DNA of 64,000 bases from Laetmonice hystrix (taxonomy: Eukaryota): contig OZ249436.1 of the NCBI GenBank assembly GCA_965235115.1, forward strand, positions 14,632,001 through 14,696,000, in the 5' to 3' direction. Position numbers and translations under genes: made by a program. Below the pieces are notes generated by a model. It saw only the letters and a list, made by a program, of their open reading frames with translations. It ran no database searches and was not told the origin of the DNA. This document shows, one piece after another, positions 25,781 to 38,200 of this stretch (positions within the stretch are counted from its first letter, which is position 1; the number at the start of each line of letters is the position of its first letter).

Positions 25781-26204
25781 CATCAGTGACTGTCAGGCCT
25801 CTGACAGCCAGCTGGGGATCGGTTGTCCCAGCCGACTCAGCGGTCCGCCATCAGTGACTGTCAGCCAGTTCCTCTGACAGCCAGCTGGGGATCGGTTGTC
25901 CCAGCCGACTCAGCGGTCCGCCATCAGTGACTGTCAGCCAGTTCCTCTGACAGCCAGCTGGGGATCGGTTGTCCCAGCCGACTCAGCAGTCCGCCATCAG
26001 TGACTGTCAGCCCTCTGACAGCCAGCTGGGGATCGGTTGTCCCAGCCGACTCAGCGGTCCGCCATCAGTGACTGTCAGCCAGTTCCTCTGACAGCCAGCT
26101 GGGAATCGGTTGTCCCAGACGACTCAGCAGTCCGCCATCAGTGACTGTCAGCCAGTTCCTCTGACAGCCAGCTGGGGATCTGTTGTCCCAGCCGACTCAG
26201 CAGT
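25781..26204. repeat. Six tandem 68-73-bp copies of the NDST C-terminal coding end, including the stop codon
   Basis: Units start at 25781, 25849, 25922, 25995, 26063 and 26136. The unit at 26136-26204 encodes [21 protein letters not shown]; the other five lie downstream of the stop in transcript orientation. Confidence 0.92.
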
Positions 26205-29200
26205 TTTGACAGCGCCACGTTGTGGTGGCGGTAGAATGTTCGCAAGTATTTTTCGGCCTTGATCTCCATGGGAGGGTATATCCGACCTTTATTGCGACCA
26301 AGACATCTGGTGTGGTCCCCATTGATTATCTGACAGTAGAACCCCTTTTTGGGATTATACCTGCAACAGAAATTACACCATAAAAGTTGACAAATTTTTC
26401 ATGTGGATATTAAAGGCCAAATGTAAAATGTCAGTCCATAGAATCCTTGTTGTTTCGATATTTCTTTACATCCAGCTTGTTTTCACTTAGCCAAAGCTAA
26501 ACATTTATTAAAAGATCCGTTACTATACACAGTGTAGTACGTACTTGAGTCTATGAGAAAAATCAAAGTAAGGCTCGACATTGACAAATAGTTGAACTCG
26601 GTCCATGACAGCAACTGGGTCAATCTTCAAACCCTCACCATCCAATATCAACATCTGGAAGGCAAAAATCATGAATAAAGTACAATTTCCTCCTTCTACT
26701 TTAAAAGAGGTGAAAGGTACCTCGAATTGAAAACGGCAATGAAAACGCATAGGCTGAAAATATAGCTCAAATATACTCAGAAAACAACATTCCTGTTCTC
26801 AACCAAAACACTTTGCACATCCTACCAGTGATGAAAATACACATTTGGAGTTGTAAGTTGTTATTTTTAAGTATGAATCCCATCTGTCTGAACCCAGCCC
26901 CCCCCCCCCCCAACCTTTCTGTGCCCTCGGTCAGAGAGTTTGACCTCGCGGGTTGTACCTGTGAGGGCGGGTAGTAGGTGAGCCAGCGCTCCAGGTGCTG
27001 TGCGTACATGCCCGGGTAGAGACAGCGGTTACGGATGTCCCGCAGTGGCCGTGGCGCCGAGTCGCCGGCCGTGATCACTTCATAGAAAGTGTACTGCTGG
27101 GCCACGTTGTCTTGGTGGGCGCGGACATGCTGTAACAAATCAACTCTCAATCAACACACATCAACAGTAATCGTGTACACGCACTTACTTTTTACTCAGC
27201 TCCCAACCTTACTAACCTGAGCCCCATTTGATCAAGGTATATTGCCAGACCTTACCTGGTACCAGGAGTGAGCTCGTTTGGCGGGGTTGATGAGGATACA
27301 GATGAGCTTGGCACGGGGCAGCAGGGCGTGGGCCCGCTTCGGGGCCTCTTCACTGTCAAAGTAGTTGGCACTCTTCTCAAACAGCATCGAGTTGGAGGTG
27401 TTGGGGAGCGGGAAGTTTGACATGTACCTATGGCAGAAAACACCACGTTACCATGGGTGTCCGGTTGGGGGCGTGACAAAGGGGCCGGCATAAAGAAGGC
27501 TGGAGGTGGGCAAAACCAGGTGAGACAGTCGACGAACCGTGAAAGACATTTTTCTTCTTGTCAGATATCATGGATGGGGTAGCAGACTCATCAGTGATTC
27601 GAAGCTCCATGCCAACGTCAATCATAACAACACAGGCGATGGTCATCGGTATACAAAATATCTATACAGAACCTTTTACTTACCAGTCAAGACCATTGTA
27701 ATAATTACGTCCATTGAAAAACTGACTCTCTTCAAAAGTGGTCGGACTCTTGAAGTTACTCTCAATGGAAGGATGCATAGAGAGGAAGGTATAGAGCGCT
27801 GTGGTGCCTTGAAACAGAATAATGACATCATCGATCAAGTCATACGTTGTCAAACCTAAGTATTGGGAGGCTTATTTTAAATGATGCATAGATACAGTAG
27901 GACTAAACACGACTTGTACTGATCACACTTTACAGCAAGAAAGCATTCTCCTCCTTCTGCCGCCAGGGGTCAGCACCCTACTGGCATTCACTTAAAATCC
28001 TCATTTTGTGACCGAAATGCTTCCTTCCTTGACGACAAAGTACTTCAGGCTATCTGCCATATACTTACAGTCTTGTAAGAATTCCTCATCACTTATTTGA
28101 GAAAGACAATTAACTTACTATACTCTTATACATTTGTCCAAGGTTATGCATACCTGTCTTTTGTGGGCCAATCACTAAGAAATGAGGCAAAGTGCTACAT
28201 GTCTTCTTCTCAGACCACACTGACTGGTGTCTCTTGTCATCGCAGGGATTCTAAAGGACAAAAACCACACGAAAACATGAATAACCACACTACATACATG
28301 TAAATACTAGTAGTGCTGTCTCTATTAAGGTTACACAGACTATGTGGTGCTCTGCCATAATTCTTAAAGTTTATTATTGAATATGTTTATACATTTGTAG
28401 TTAGCTATACGAGGCGGCCGGGTGACAGTGCCATGATCGACAGCTGGGCACGACCCCAGTACTGACCCGCCATACAGGGTCCTCCTCCTCTGGGTACATG
28501 TCGAAGTACATGCGGCCCAGCTCGAGTGGTGGCACGGCCTTGAGGCGTAGGTTCGTCCAGCAGCGGACGAACTTGACGACACTCTCGAATGTGTAGAGTG
28601 CGAGGCGGTCGTTGCCGTAGTTTGACATGTGCGTCATGAAGACGTTGATCGGGTTGTAGGCGATCGTCTGAAAGAGTTCGCCCCCGCGCACGCTCTCCTC
28701 CAACCTTAGCCGACCACCAGGGTACTTATCGATGAAGACTGTGTGCGTGAACAGGCCACACGTCTGGCGGGGCAGCACCTGTAAGCACAACATCATACCG
28801 GGTCAAGTTTTATCGGAGCCAACAGCTGGTTCCGAAAATGGAACCGGCAGACGGCCGAGTTTCTCTTGTAAATGCCGTCGTCTATACTGTACGACAGGCC
28901 AGTTCATGAGGTGATTGCCAATCAGGTTTCTGGTACTGTCCTGGACATGGCTGATCTAGCGCTTGTCAGGTTGTTATATTCGACACGACATGGGGAGACG
29001 TAATGTCTGGAGATCACAATATACCACAGGGAACACATTTAGTAAAGGCCACTCGTTCCCCACACACATGTACACTATCAAACTAAAGGTCACGCATGAG
29101 TTTAATTCCCATATTTTCGATTACTGACAGTGATGTTAATATTCCAACTCAAAATAATTTACCAGTCCCAAAACAACTCACAATATTATTATAATATTAT

Positions 29201-32200
29201 TGCGAGAAGTCTGGGACCTACCGGTATACAGACGGTGCCTTACTAAGCGGGGGCCCGGTGACCTACTCCAAAGGACCCGGCCGGGCGGTCTCACCATGAT
29301 TCCCCGGTGTACGAAGCCCTTCCGCCGGCGGGCCGGCCTCAGATGAGGGTACTCCTCGGTACTGGTGACTTTCACCTTCCACACCCGTTTCCAGGCCTCG
29401 TAGAGCTGCTCGTGGACGGGAAACACTCCCGAGTGGTGAGGGGCCACGGCATACGACGAGTTGACGGCAATCCCGCGTCTCTGGAGGAAACAAACACAAC
29501 TCGGTCAATGACATCCTCTCTCATATAGTCTACTCTCTCTATAATAATCGTAGGCATCCTAGGGCAGGTCTAATCGTAGGCGTACCAGGGCAGGTCTAAT
29601 CGTAGGCGTCCCAGGGCAGGGGAAGGGCAGGTCTAATCGTAGGCGTCCCAGGGCAGGGGGAAGGGCAGGTCTAATCGTAGGCGTCCCAGGGCAGGGGGAA
29701 GGGCAGGTCTAATCGTAGGCGTCCCAGGGCAGGGGGAAGGGCAGGTCTAATCGTAGGCGTCCCAGGGCAGGGGAAGGGCGGGGGGAAAGGCAGGGGGAAA
29801 GGCAGGGGGAAGGGCAGGAGGAAGGGCAGGGCGCGCTTATCATCCAGACCCAATCTAGGAGAAGGATTAAATTTTATCAAACATTATTATTTTGAAACAC
29901 CGGTACCGGTAATCAAAGTTGAAAATGTTCTTTTTAATGCTTGCTAGTCGGTCCCCCATTAAGGAAAGCCCCCTCTCTCGAAATTCCTGGGAACGCCTAT
30001 GATACTGAAATGTAAATTTTAGTTTTTGGACCTTGTTATGGTCTTTTACTACTTTCATTGAACCATAATCACAAAGTAACACTGTCCAGATGTCGTTATG
30101 TTATATATCATTGAGTACAATTGTAGATTGATCGAAATGGACTTGCTGATGTAGCAAACATCAATTCCCTTCACACGTGACCACTATAAAGACATGATCA
30201 GCAATGAGAAGAAGACCTTGGTATCTATAATTGGTCGCCGGCCCCGGGCCCCTACCATCACCCGTGTCTTGGGCCCGATGCACCGCGTATCGTTGTCGGT
30301 CAGTTCACCAGAGATGTTATCACTGGTTATTGCCAAACTTCTGAGCCCCACCTTCCTCCTCCGTCAGCCCTATCGGGATTCAGAGACCATAGGGGGAAGC
30401 TATCACTTCGTACTTTGCATCCTCAGTTAGTCCATGTATTTCTATGTCAACTCTAGCTCTGCTGCCTCTCGGCGTAAATATTAGACCTATTTCTCGAGGT
30501 CATAGATCCAGGGAGTGTAATCTTGTCTCGATCTCTTCAGTCAAGATTGAGCCGAGGGGTGAACAATGTGTCTCCAGTGTGAAGGAGGGTTGATGCTGAT
30601 CTCAGACCAGGGTGTCTCCAGGAGAGAGAAATCGGAGGCCTGTCCTATATCAGATCTCACCGCGGGGCTTGGGACGGGAACCAATGCAGTATACGCTGGG
30701 AGTAGGCACCCTCGTCCCACATCAGGATTGCGGGGAAGACATCCCGTCCGGGAGGCAATTTGTGCCCTGTCCCACATCATGACGGGGAGGACAACAGCCC
30801 GTCAGGGAGACAATGTGCGCCCTGTCCCACATCATGTCGGCTGGGACGACAGCAGGTCAGGGAGACAATGTGTGCCCTGTACCACATCATGATGCATGGC
30901 TGGGACGACAGCCCGTCAGGGAGACAATGTGCGCCCTGTCGCACATCATGACGGCTGGGACGACAGCCCGTCAGGGAGACAATGTGCGCCCTGTCCCACA
31001 TCATGACGGCTGGGACGACAGCCCGTCAGGGAGACAATGTGCGCCCTGTCCCACATCATGTCGGCTGGGACGACAGCCCGTCAGGGAGACAATGTGCGCC
31101 CTGTCCCACATCATGTCGGCTGGGACGACAGCCCGTCAGGGAGACAATGTGCGCCCTGTCCCACATCATGTCGGCTGGGACGACAGCCCGTCAGGGAGAC
31201 AATGTGCGCCCTGTCCCACATCATGTCGGCTGGGACGACAGCCCGTCAGGGAGACAATGTGCGCCCTGTCCCACATCATGACGGCTGGGACGACAGCCCG
31301 TCAGGGAGACAATGTGCGCCCTGTCCCACATCATGATGCATGGCTGGGACGACAATGTGCGCCCTGTGCCACATCATGACGGCTGGGACAACAGCCGGTC
31401 AGGGAGACAATGTGCGCCCTGTCCCACGTCATGACGGTTGGGACAACAGCCCGTCAGGGAAACAATGTGCGCCCTGTCCCACATCATGACGGCTGGGACA
31501 GCAGCCCGTCAGGGAGACAATGTGTGCCCCGTCCCACATCATGACGGCTGGGACAACAGCCCGTCAGGGAGACAATGTGCGCCCTGTGCCACATCATGAC
31601 GGCTGGGACGACAGCCCGTCAGGGAGACAATGTGCGCCCTGTCCCACATCATGTCGGCTGGGACGACAGCCCGTCAGGGAGACAATGTGCGCCCTGTCCC
31701 ACATCATGACGGCTGGGACGACAGCCCGTCAGGGAGACAATGTGCGCCCTGTGCCACATCATGACGGCTGGGACAACAGCCGGTCAGGGAGACAATGTGC
31801 GCCCTGTCCCACATCATGACGGCTGGGACGAGAGTCCGTCAGGGAGACAATGTGCGCCCTGTCCCACATCATGATGGCTGGGACGACAGCCCGTCAAGGG
31901 GGCAATGTGCGCCCTGTCCCACATCATGACGGCTGGGACGAGAGTCCGTCAGGGAGGGCAATGTGCGCCCTGTCCCACATCATGACGGCTGGGACGACAG
32001 CCCGTCAAGGGGGCAATGTGCGCCCTGTCCCACATCATGACGGCTGGGACGACAGCCCGTCAGGGAGACAATGTGCGCCCTGTCCCACATCATGATGCAT
32101 GGCTGGGACGACAATGTGCGCCCTGTGCCACATCATGACGGCTGGGACAACAGCCGGTCAGGGAGACAATGTGTGCCCCGTCCCACATCATGACGGCTGG

Positions 32201-35200
32201 GACAACAGCCCGTCAGGGAGACAATGTGCGCCCTGTGCCACATCATGACGGCTGGGACGACAGCCCGTCAGGGAGACAATGTGCGCCCTGTCCCACATCA
32301 TGTCGGCTGGGACGACAGCCCGTCAGGGAGACAATGTGCGCCCTGTCCCACATCATGACGGCTGGGACGACAGCCCGTCAGGGAGACAATGTGCGCCCTG
32401 TGCCACATCATGACGGCTGGGACAACAGCCGGTCAGGGAGACAATGTGCGCCCTGTCCCACATCATAACGGCTGGGACGAGAGTCCGTCAGGGAGACAAT
32501 GTGCGCCCTGTCCCACATCATGATGGCTGGGACGACAGCCCGTCAAGGGGGCAATGTGCGCCCTGTCCCACATCATGACGGCTGGGACGAGAGTCCGTCA
32601 GGGAGGGCAATGTGCGCCCTGTCCCACATCATGACGGCTGGGACGACAGCCCGTCAAGGGGGCAATGTGCGCCCTGTCCCACATCATGACGGCTGGGACG
32701 ACAGCCCGTCAGGGAGACAATGTGCGCCCTGTCCCACATCATGATGCATGGCTGGGACGACAATGTGCGCCCTGTGCCACATCATGACGGCTGGGACAAC
32801 AGCCGGTCAGGGAGACAATGTGCGCCCTGTCCCACGTCATGACGGTTGGGACAACAGCCCGTCAGGGAAACAATGTGCGCCCTGTCCCACATCATGACGG
32901 CTGGGACAGCAGCCCGTCAGGGAGACAATGTGTGCCCCGTCCCACATCATGACGGCTGGGACAACAGCCCGTCAGGGAGACAATGTGCGCCCTGTGCCAC
33001 ATCATGACGGCTGGGACGACAGCCCGTCAGGGAGACAATGTGCGCCCTGTCCCACATCATGTCGGCTGGGACGACAGCCCGTCAGGGAGACAATGTGCGC
33101 CCTGTCCCACATCATGACGGCTGGGACGACAGCCCGTCAGGGAGACAATGTGCGCCCTGTGCCACATCATGACGGCTGGGACAACAGCCGGTCAGGGAGA
33201 CAATGTGCGCCCTGTCCCACATCATGACGGCTGGGACGAGAGTCCGTCAGGGAGACAATGTGCGCCCTGTCCCACATCATGATGGCTGGGACGACAGCCC
33301 GTCAAGGGGGCAATGTGCGCCCTGTCCCACATCATGACGGCTGGGACGAGAGTCCGTCAGGGAGGGCAATGTGCGCCCTGTCCCACATCATGACGGCTGG
33401 GACGACAGCCCGTCAAGGGGGCAATGTGCGCCCTGTCCCACATCATGACGGCTGGGACGACAGCCCGTCAGGGAGACAATGGGCGCCCTGTACCACATCA
33501 TGATGCATGCCTGGGACGACAATGTGCGCCCTGTCCCACATCATGAGATTGTGCGCTCAATGTGCGCCCAGTCCAACACCAGGCTGGCTGAGACTACAGC
33601 CCAGCAGGACCGTATGCCCCTCACGATCAGTGGCCAGAGTTGAATCCTCTCAGTCAACACCATTTGTCATGTCGACCACAGGTCTCTAATACATGACGTG
33701 GCCTTTCGTCCATCCTACAACAAGTCACCGTGCGCCTCCTCGCATTCCCAGCCTAATACTAATCGCTCAACAAATGCTTTTCCATTGTTGTTGAACCGTT
33801 GTGACAAGTAAACCACATCGACCAACACTCCCCGCGCGCACACCACAGAGCACCCGGTCCATACGTTATGCAGTGCTTGCAGTGCTGTCCGAACGGTGAG
33901 GCCGTGGTACAATAATCGGAGCCATTATCCGCGAGCCGTGGCCCACATCGCCAATCAGCCGACCTCCTCGATGGGAATAGTAATGAGGTGTGAATTAACC
34001 ACGGTGCTGGCCACCAGGGTGACCGATGGTCGGATCCGTCCGAAAACTGTATCCACTCAAACCAGGCGCCGTCAGGTGGCAAACCTATCATTTTACCTCT
34101 ATATAATGTGTCGGATCCTGCCCAAACTTCCTACGAAGACCACGGAGTCATAAACAACGCCTAATTCATAAACACACGGAGATAAACCATCCCTGAGAAA
34201 CAAACTGCAGAGTATTGGAATAACCTGCTTGTGCAAAACGTTTTTGTGGTAAGCAGAGCAAGTGTCATTCCTTAGGATTTCTATAGGATAACTTTCTCGT
34301 AGTATCTTAGTCCAATCAATGGGAAATAAGCTGGTTATCCCTCTCCTATGGCGGCTGTATCCTGTAAAAGTCACTGCTTCTACGCCACTTGTCTCTCAGA
34401 CTGTCACAGCAAAACAGACAGGATGTTGTGGGTGGTCCTCCAAGAGAGTGGTAATAATATTAAGTGCCTGAATATGATGGGAATATTTGCTAAAATGATT
34501 AGGTATTACAGTGAACTTGGAAACGGCATTTACATTTATGACATTTCTGCTTGTTTTGCTAACAATGGGAGTCTCCGCAGACAACCACAATACCATTTGT
34601 CTATAGGTCTGGTCACGGCACCAGATTATAGTTCTCCCCTGGAGACGATGGGCCTCCTGGACTCGCTCTCACCGCAGTGACGCGGGTTGAGCCAGGAGTG
34701 AGACAAGAGGGCTTACCACTCCCACGCTCGCCGTCCCTCCACTCACCAACAACAAAACAGAAACTTCCACCGAGTAAAGCTGGAATCACCACCAGTCAAC
34801 CTGTTGCAACCAACAGCGGGACGAGGGCCAAACCTTTGTGCTATTTCAATAACCCGGAACTGGTGATCTAATTATAGTGTTGTGGATGAATACTCAAGGC
34901 TTTTTTCACCCCAACATAATCCAAACTCTTTAAACTTGTATAAAGTCCACACTGCTCCAAACGGTGCTTCTACATGTACAACATTAACAACCCAATGACT
35001 ACTGCATCCAGTTTGGGAACACGGTGCTGGTACAGTTGTACCTCCAAATTCAGTAGGTTTGAATTGTATTACTCCTATGTGGAATATTAGACTGGATATA
35101 TTCAAAGGGACTATACGTTTCATCGCCAATTTAAGTCCATTCCTCCCTGCTTAGACACAGAACGTACAGATAAATGCAAACGAAGAAAGAAGACAGAGAA

Positions 35201-38200
35201 GAAGAAAAAGCAACCTACATTAGATCCATCTTCTTTTTAAAACCTAACCACGGTGAGTAAGGCCTTATTCTGAACTGGCTGATATCCCAAGGAAATGAAC
35301 GCATCAAATTTATGTTAGGAATAATGGGAATTGAGACCTGTATTCCAATAATTTCTCTATGCGAATCGGAGGAAGGCAGCCCGGGCCTGTCCCTGGGGTG
35401 ATTCAGTACCGGGACTCCTGATCCTCTAGTAATGGGGAATCTGGGCAAAGAAATCCCGCAATCTAATCTCAACAAGGGAATTCACTTCGGGGTTGTTGGC
35501 GTTTGAAAGGTAGTGATTCGTCGTCTGCTAACATGGAAATCACAAGACGTCCTGGGAAGAATCGGTACCTTGTTTTGTAATTCGTCTAATGGAAACTCGT
35601 GACCTTCTTAACGAATCAGTGACCATCAATCTCAGTTTACTCACGAAAAGATGAAAATAACGAGATATTACTGTAGTCAAGTTAAAACAAACTTTACTCT
35701 CTTGCCATAAGACAGTTCCATATTAAATTCTCATCACCACGCATTCCTCAACGTAACAGGACATTCTGTGTGCCCTGCCTTCCGCCTATAGCGACCTTAC
35801 GACTAAACCCGCAATCTATCTTCATATAACCGAGGACTGCCAGTCGCGACATGCCTCCGCCCCCTCCACCCGTGCCTAATCTGATCAGAGGCAAACTTCA
35901 ACCCCAGCTGTAACCAGCCCAGCTGTCTGACTGACCGGCTAATGGCTTCTTTATTGTAAGTACAGCACCACGTGCTCGTCATTCTGGACTGTACCGACAA
36001 ATTGGCACGGAACTACTAGGAGAGAACACGCCCACCTCCAGGCAGAGAGAGACCGGGCCAACCTGTCCCTGCTAACCCTACACAAGCACCGGGAACCACA
36101 AGGCTGGTGGACACTGGTTTCTATGGATACTACATGCCCGTACAATCATCGAGAGACGAAGACCTGGGGAACACAAAGTCCATGATGCGATTTTTGTCGA
36201 CTGAAAAACACCGACCTCATTGCCAACGTACTCTTGCCGGTTCAGAGACATGATAAAGATGTCAAATCCATTAACTTTAATATTCTACAGAGCCAAACTA
36301 AACTGCAATCATTGATTTTCCGTTGAATTTCTTTATTTCACGAACGCCATCTGCCTCCAACATGTTGGCAACGCTCCGTTATCGTTAAAAGCAGCAAAAC
36401 TAAACGGTGACCCAGGCTAATGCCACCCAGCACCGTTCGGGCCAAACTTCGAGTGCCGAACTCAATCAGCATCGATTTCGCAAATTTGCACTGGTTTCCA
36501 CTCATGTAACGGAATTAAAAGTCAACTGCAGTGAAGAAGTGCTGCAGATTGAGTTCAACCAATACGGTAAAAGGGGCAGTTTTGATAGGCCATCATTGCT
36601 ATTAGATTCTTGCGGCCATTATACCTCCCCCAGCCTGTCCACTATAATAACATCTCTCGGAGTCCTTTGTGATTTGTCACCAGCCTCCAAGTGAATTTGA
36701 AGGGGTCGCCTGACATTAGTCATGCAGTAATGGGACATACCATTTCCTGACTGGTCCTTCGGTGGGCCCCATCACAGAGGCCCGCAAACTGAATAAGTCG
36801 GTATGGAAAATCGTATTTGGAAACAATTTTTCTGAGTACACTGAAAATACCACACTGCAAATTGAATCAGTGACGGCCATCTTTGGCTCTGCTTCCATAT
36901 CTTAGAGGGTGACCGGGGTCTATCCAACAAACGTGGATGCGCACATAACATGGCTTTACTACCAGGTCTGTCGAGGCACACAGTGGCCGCCGTCCTCGTA
37001 GTTCCCTTTCTAATCTCATCTGCAACTTGAAGTTTACCAGAAAAACAGAACACCTTGGGCTTACACTCTGTGGTTGTGGCTTCTGATCACCTCGTTCACA
37101 TCAATAAGAGACAGATAATGTACTTCCAGAGATGAGGATAGAACTGTTTTACGCCTACCTGAGGGTACCTCAGAAGTCCGTGGATCTCAGTGATTACGAG
37201 AGATTACGATAGAACTTTTCACCATTTTATTACACGATACGCTACATTACAGCCACACTACCGGGTATAAGGTACCAAGGACGTGCATGTATATCGGGTG
37301 TATAAAAAAAACAACTTCAAGCTTCAATATCTCAAAACTATACATCATAATTCAATGAAATTTCTCTGACTATAACTCCGACATGTTGCCGTTGGCGTGT
37401 TAAAAAATCACCCAATAGCTTTGGTATTTACTCCGTGGCGCCCGTGTGTCATGAAAAACAAGGCTGAGAGCAGTTTTTAACGAAAACGGGGGGAACGATT
37501 CTCTAAGATACTGCGGGGTCGGACCGTCCAACCGGCGACGGACCAAAAATTGGAGGCCCTTCAACCAAGCGACAGACCGTCCGTCGCTGGTCGGACGCGC
37601 TTATTGAAACACCCCCCTGGAGGTGTGACGGTACAATACGCTCATAATGCTTCAGCCGGCATTGCGCTTTTGGACACCGATTATCCTTTTTGGCATGGAG
37701 TAAATATCACAGCTATTGAGCTGATACTTTAACATACCAACGACAACATGTCGTAGTTATAGACAGTGACACTTCATAGAATTCTGATGTATAGTTTTGG
37801 GGATATAGAAGCTGGAATTTCGGAACTTTTTTTTATCGACCCGATATACTATATCAGTAATATATGGCAAGTAACGTGGTCACTAATAGTCCATAATAAC
37901 GAAAAACAAAACTGAAATGAAATATTAGATAATTACCAATAATACAGTAACTAAACTTTATCCTTAATTACAATACATCTTTAGTGATTGATGATAAAAG
38001 ACAAGAAAGATAACAACCCAGGTAACTCGAACAGAGACGTAATAAAGGATCTTACCTGGTGATAATTCCACACTTTGAGATCAAATCGATTACTATCACT
38101 AAACACCCGTTCATATACCAAATGGTTCGAAATCTTTTGCTTTGACTCCACTTAAAAAGAATATGTAATATTTTGTAATGTACCAATATTGCGCGACTTT

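Noticed and set aside
30541-33689. Many ORFs of 60-188 aa with repeated [17 protein letters not shown] / MCALSHIM motifs
   Set aside because: These are translations of the 55-bp minisatellite, cycling through frames. There are no splice signals or domain similarity, and they lie in an NDST intron.
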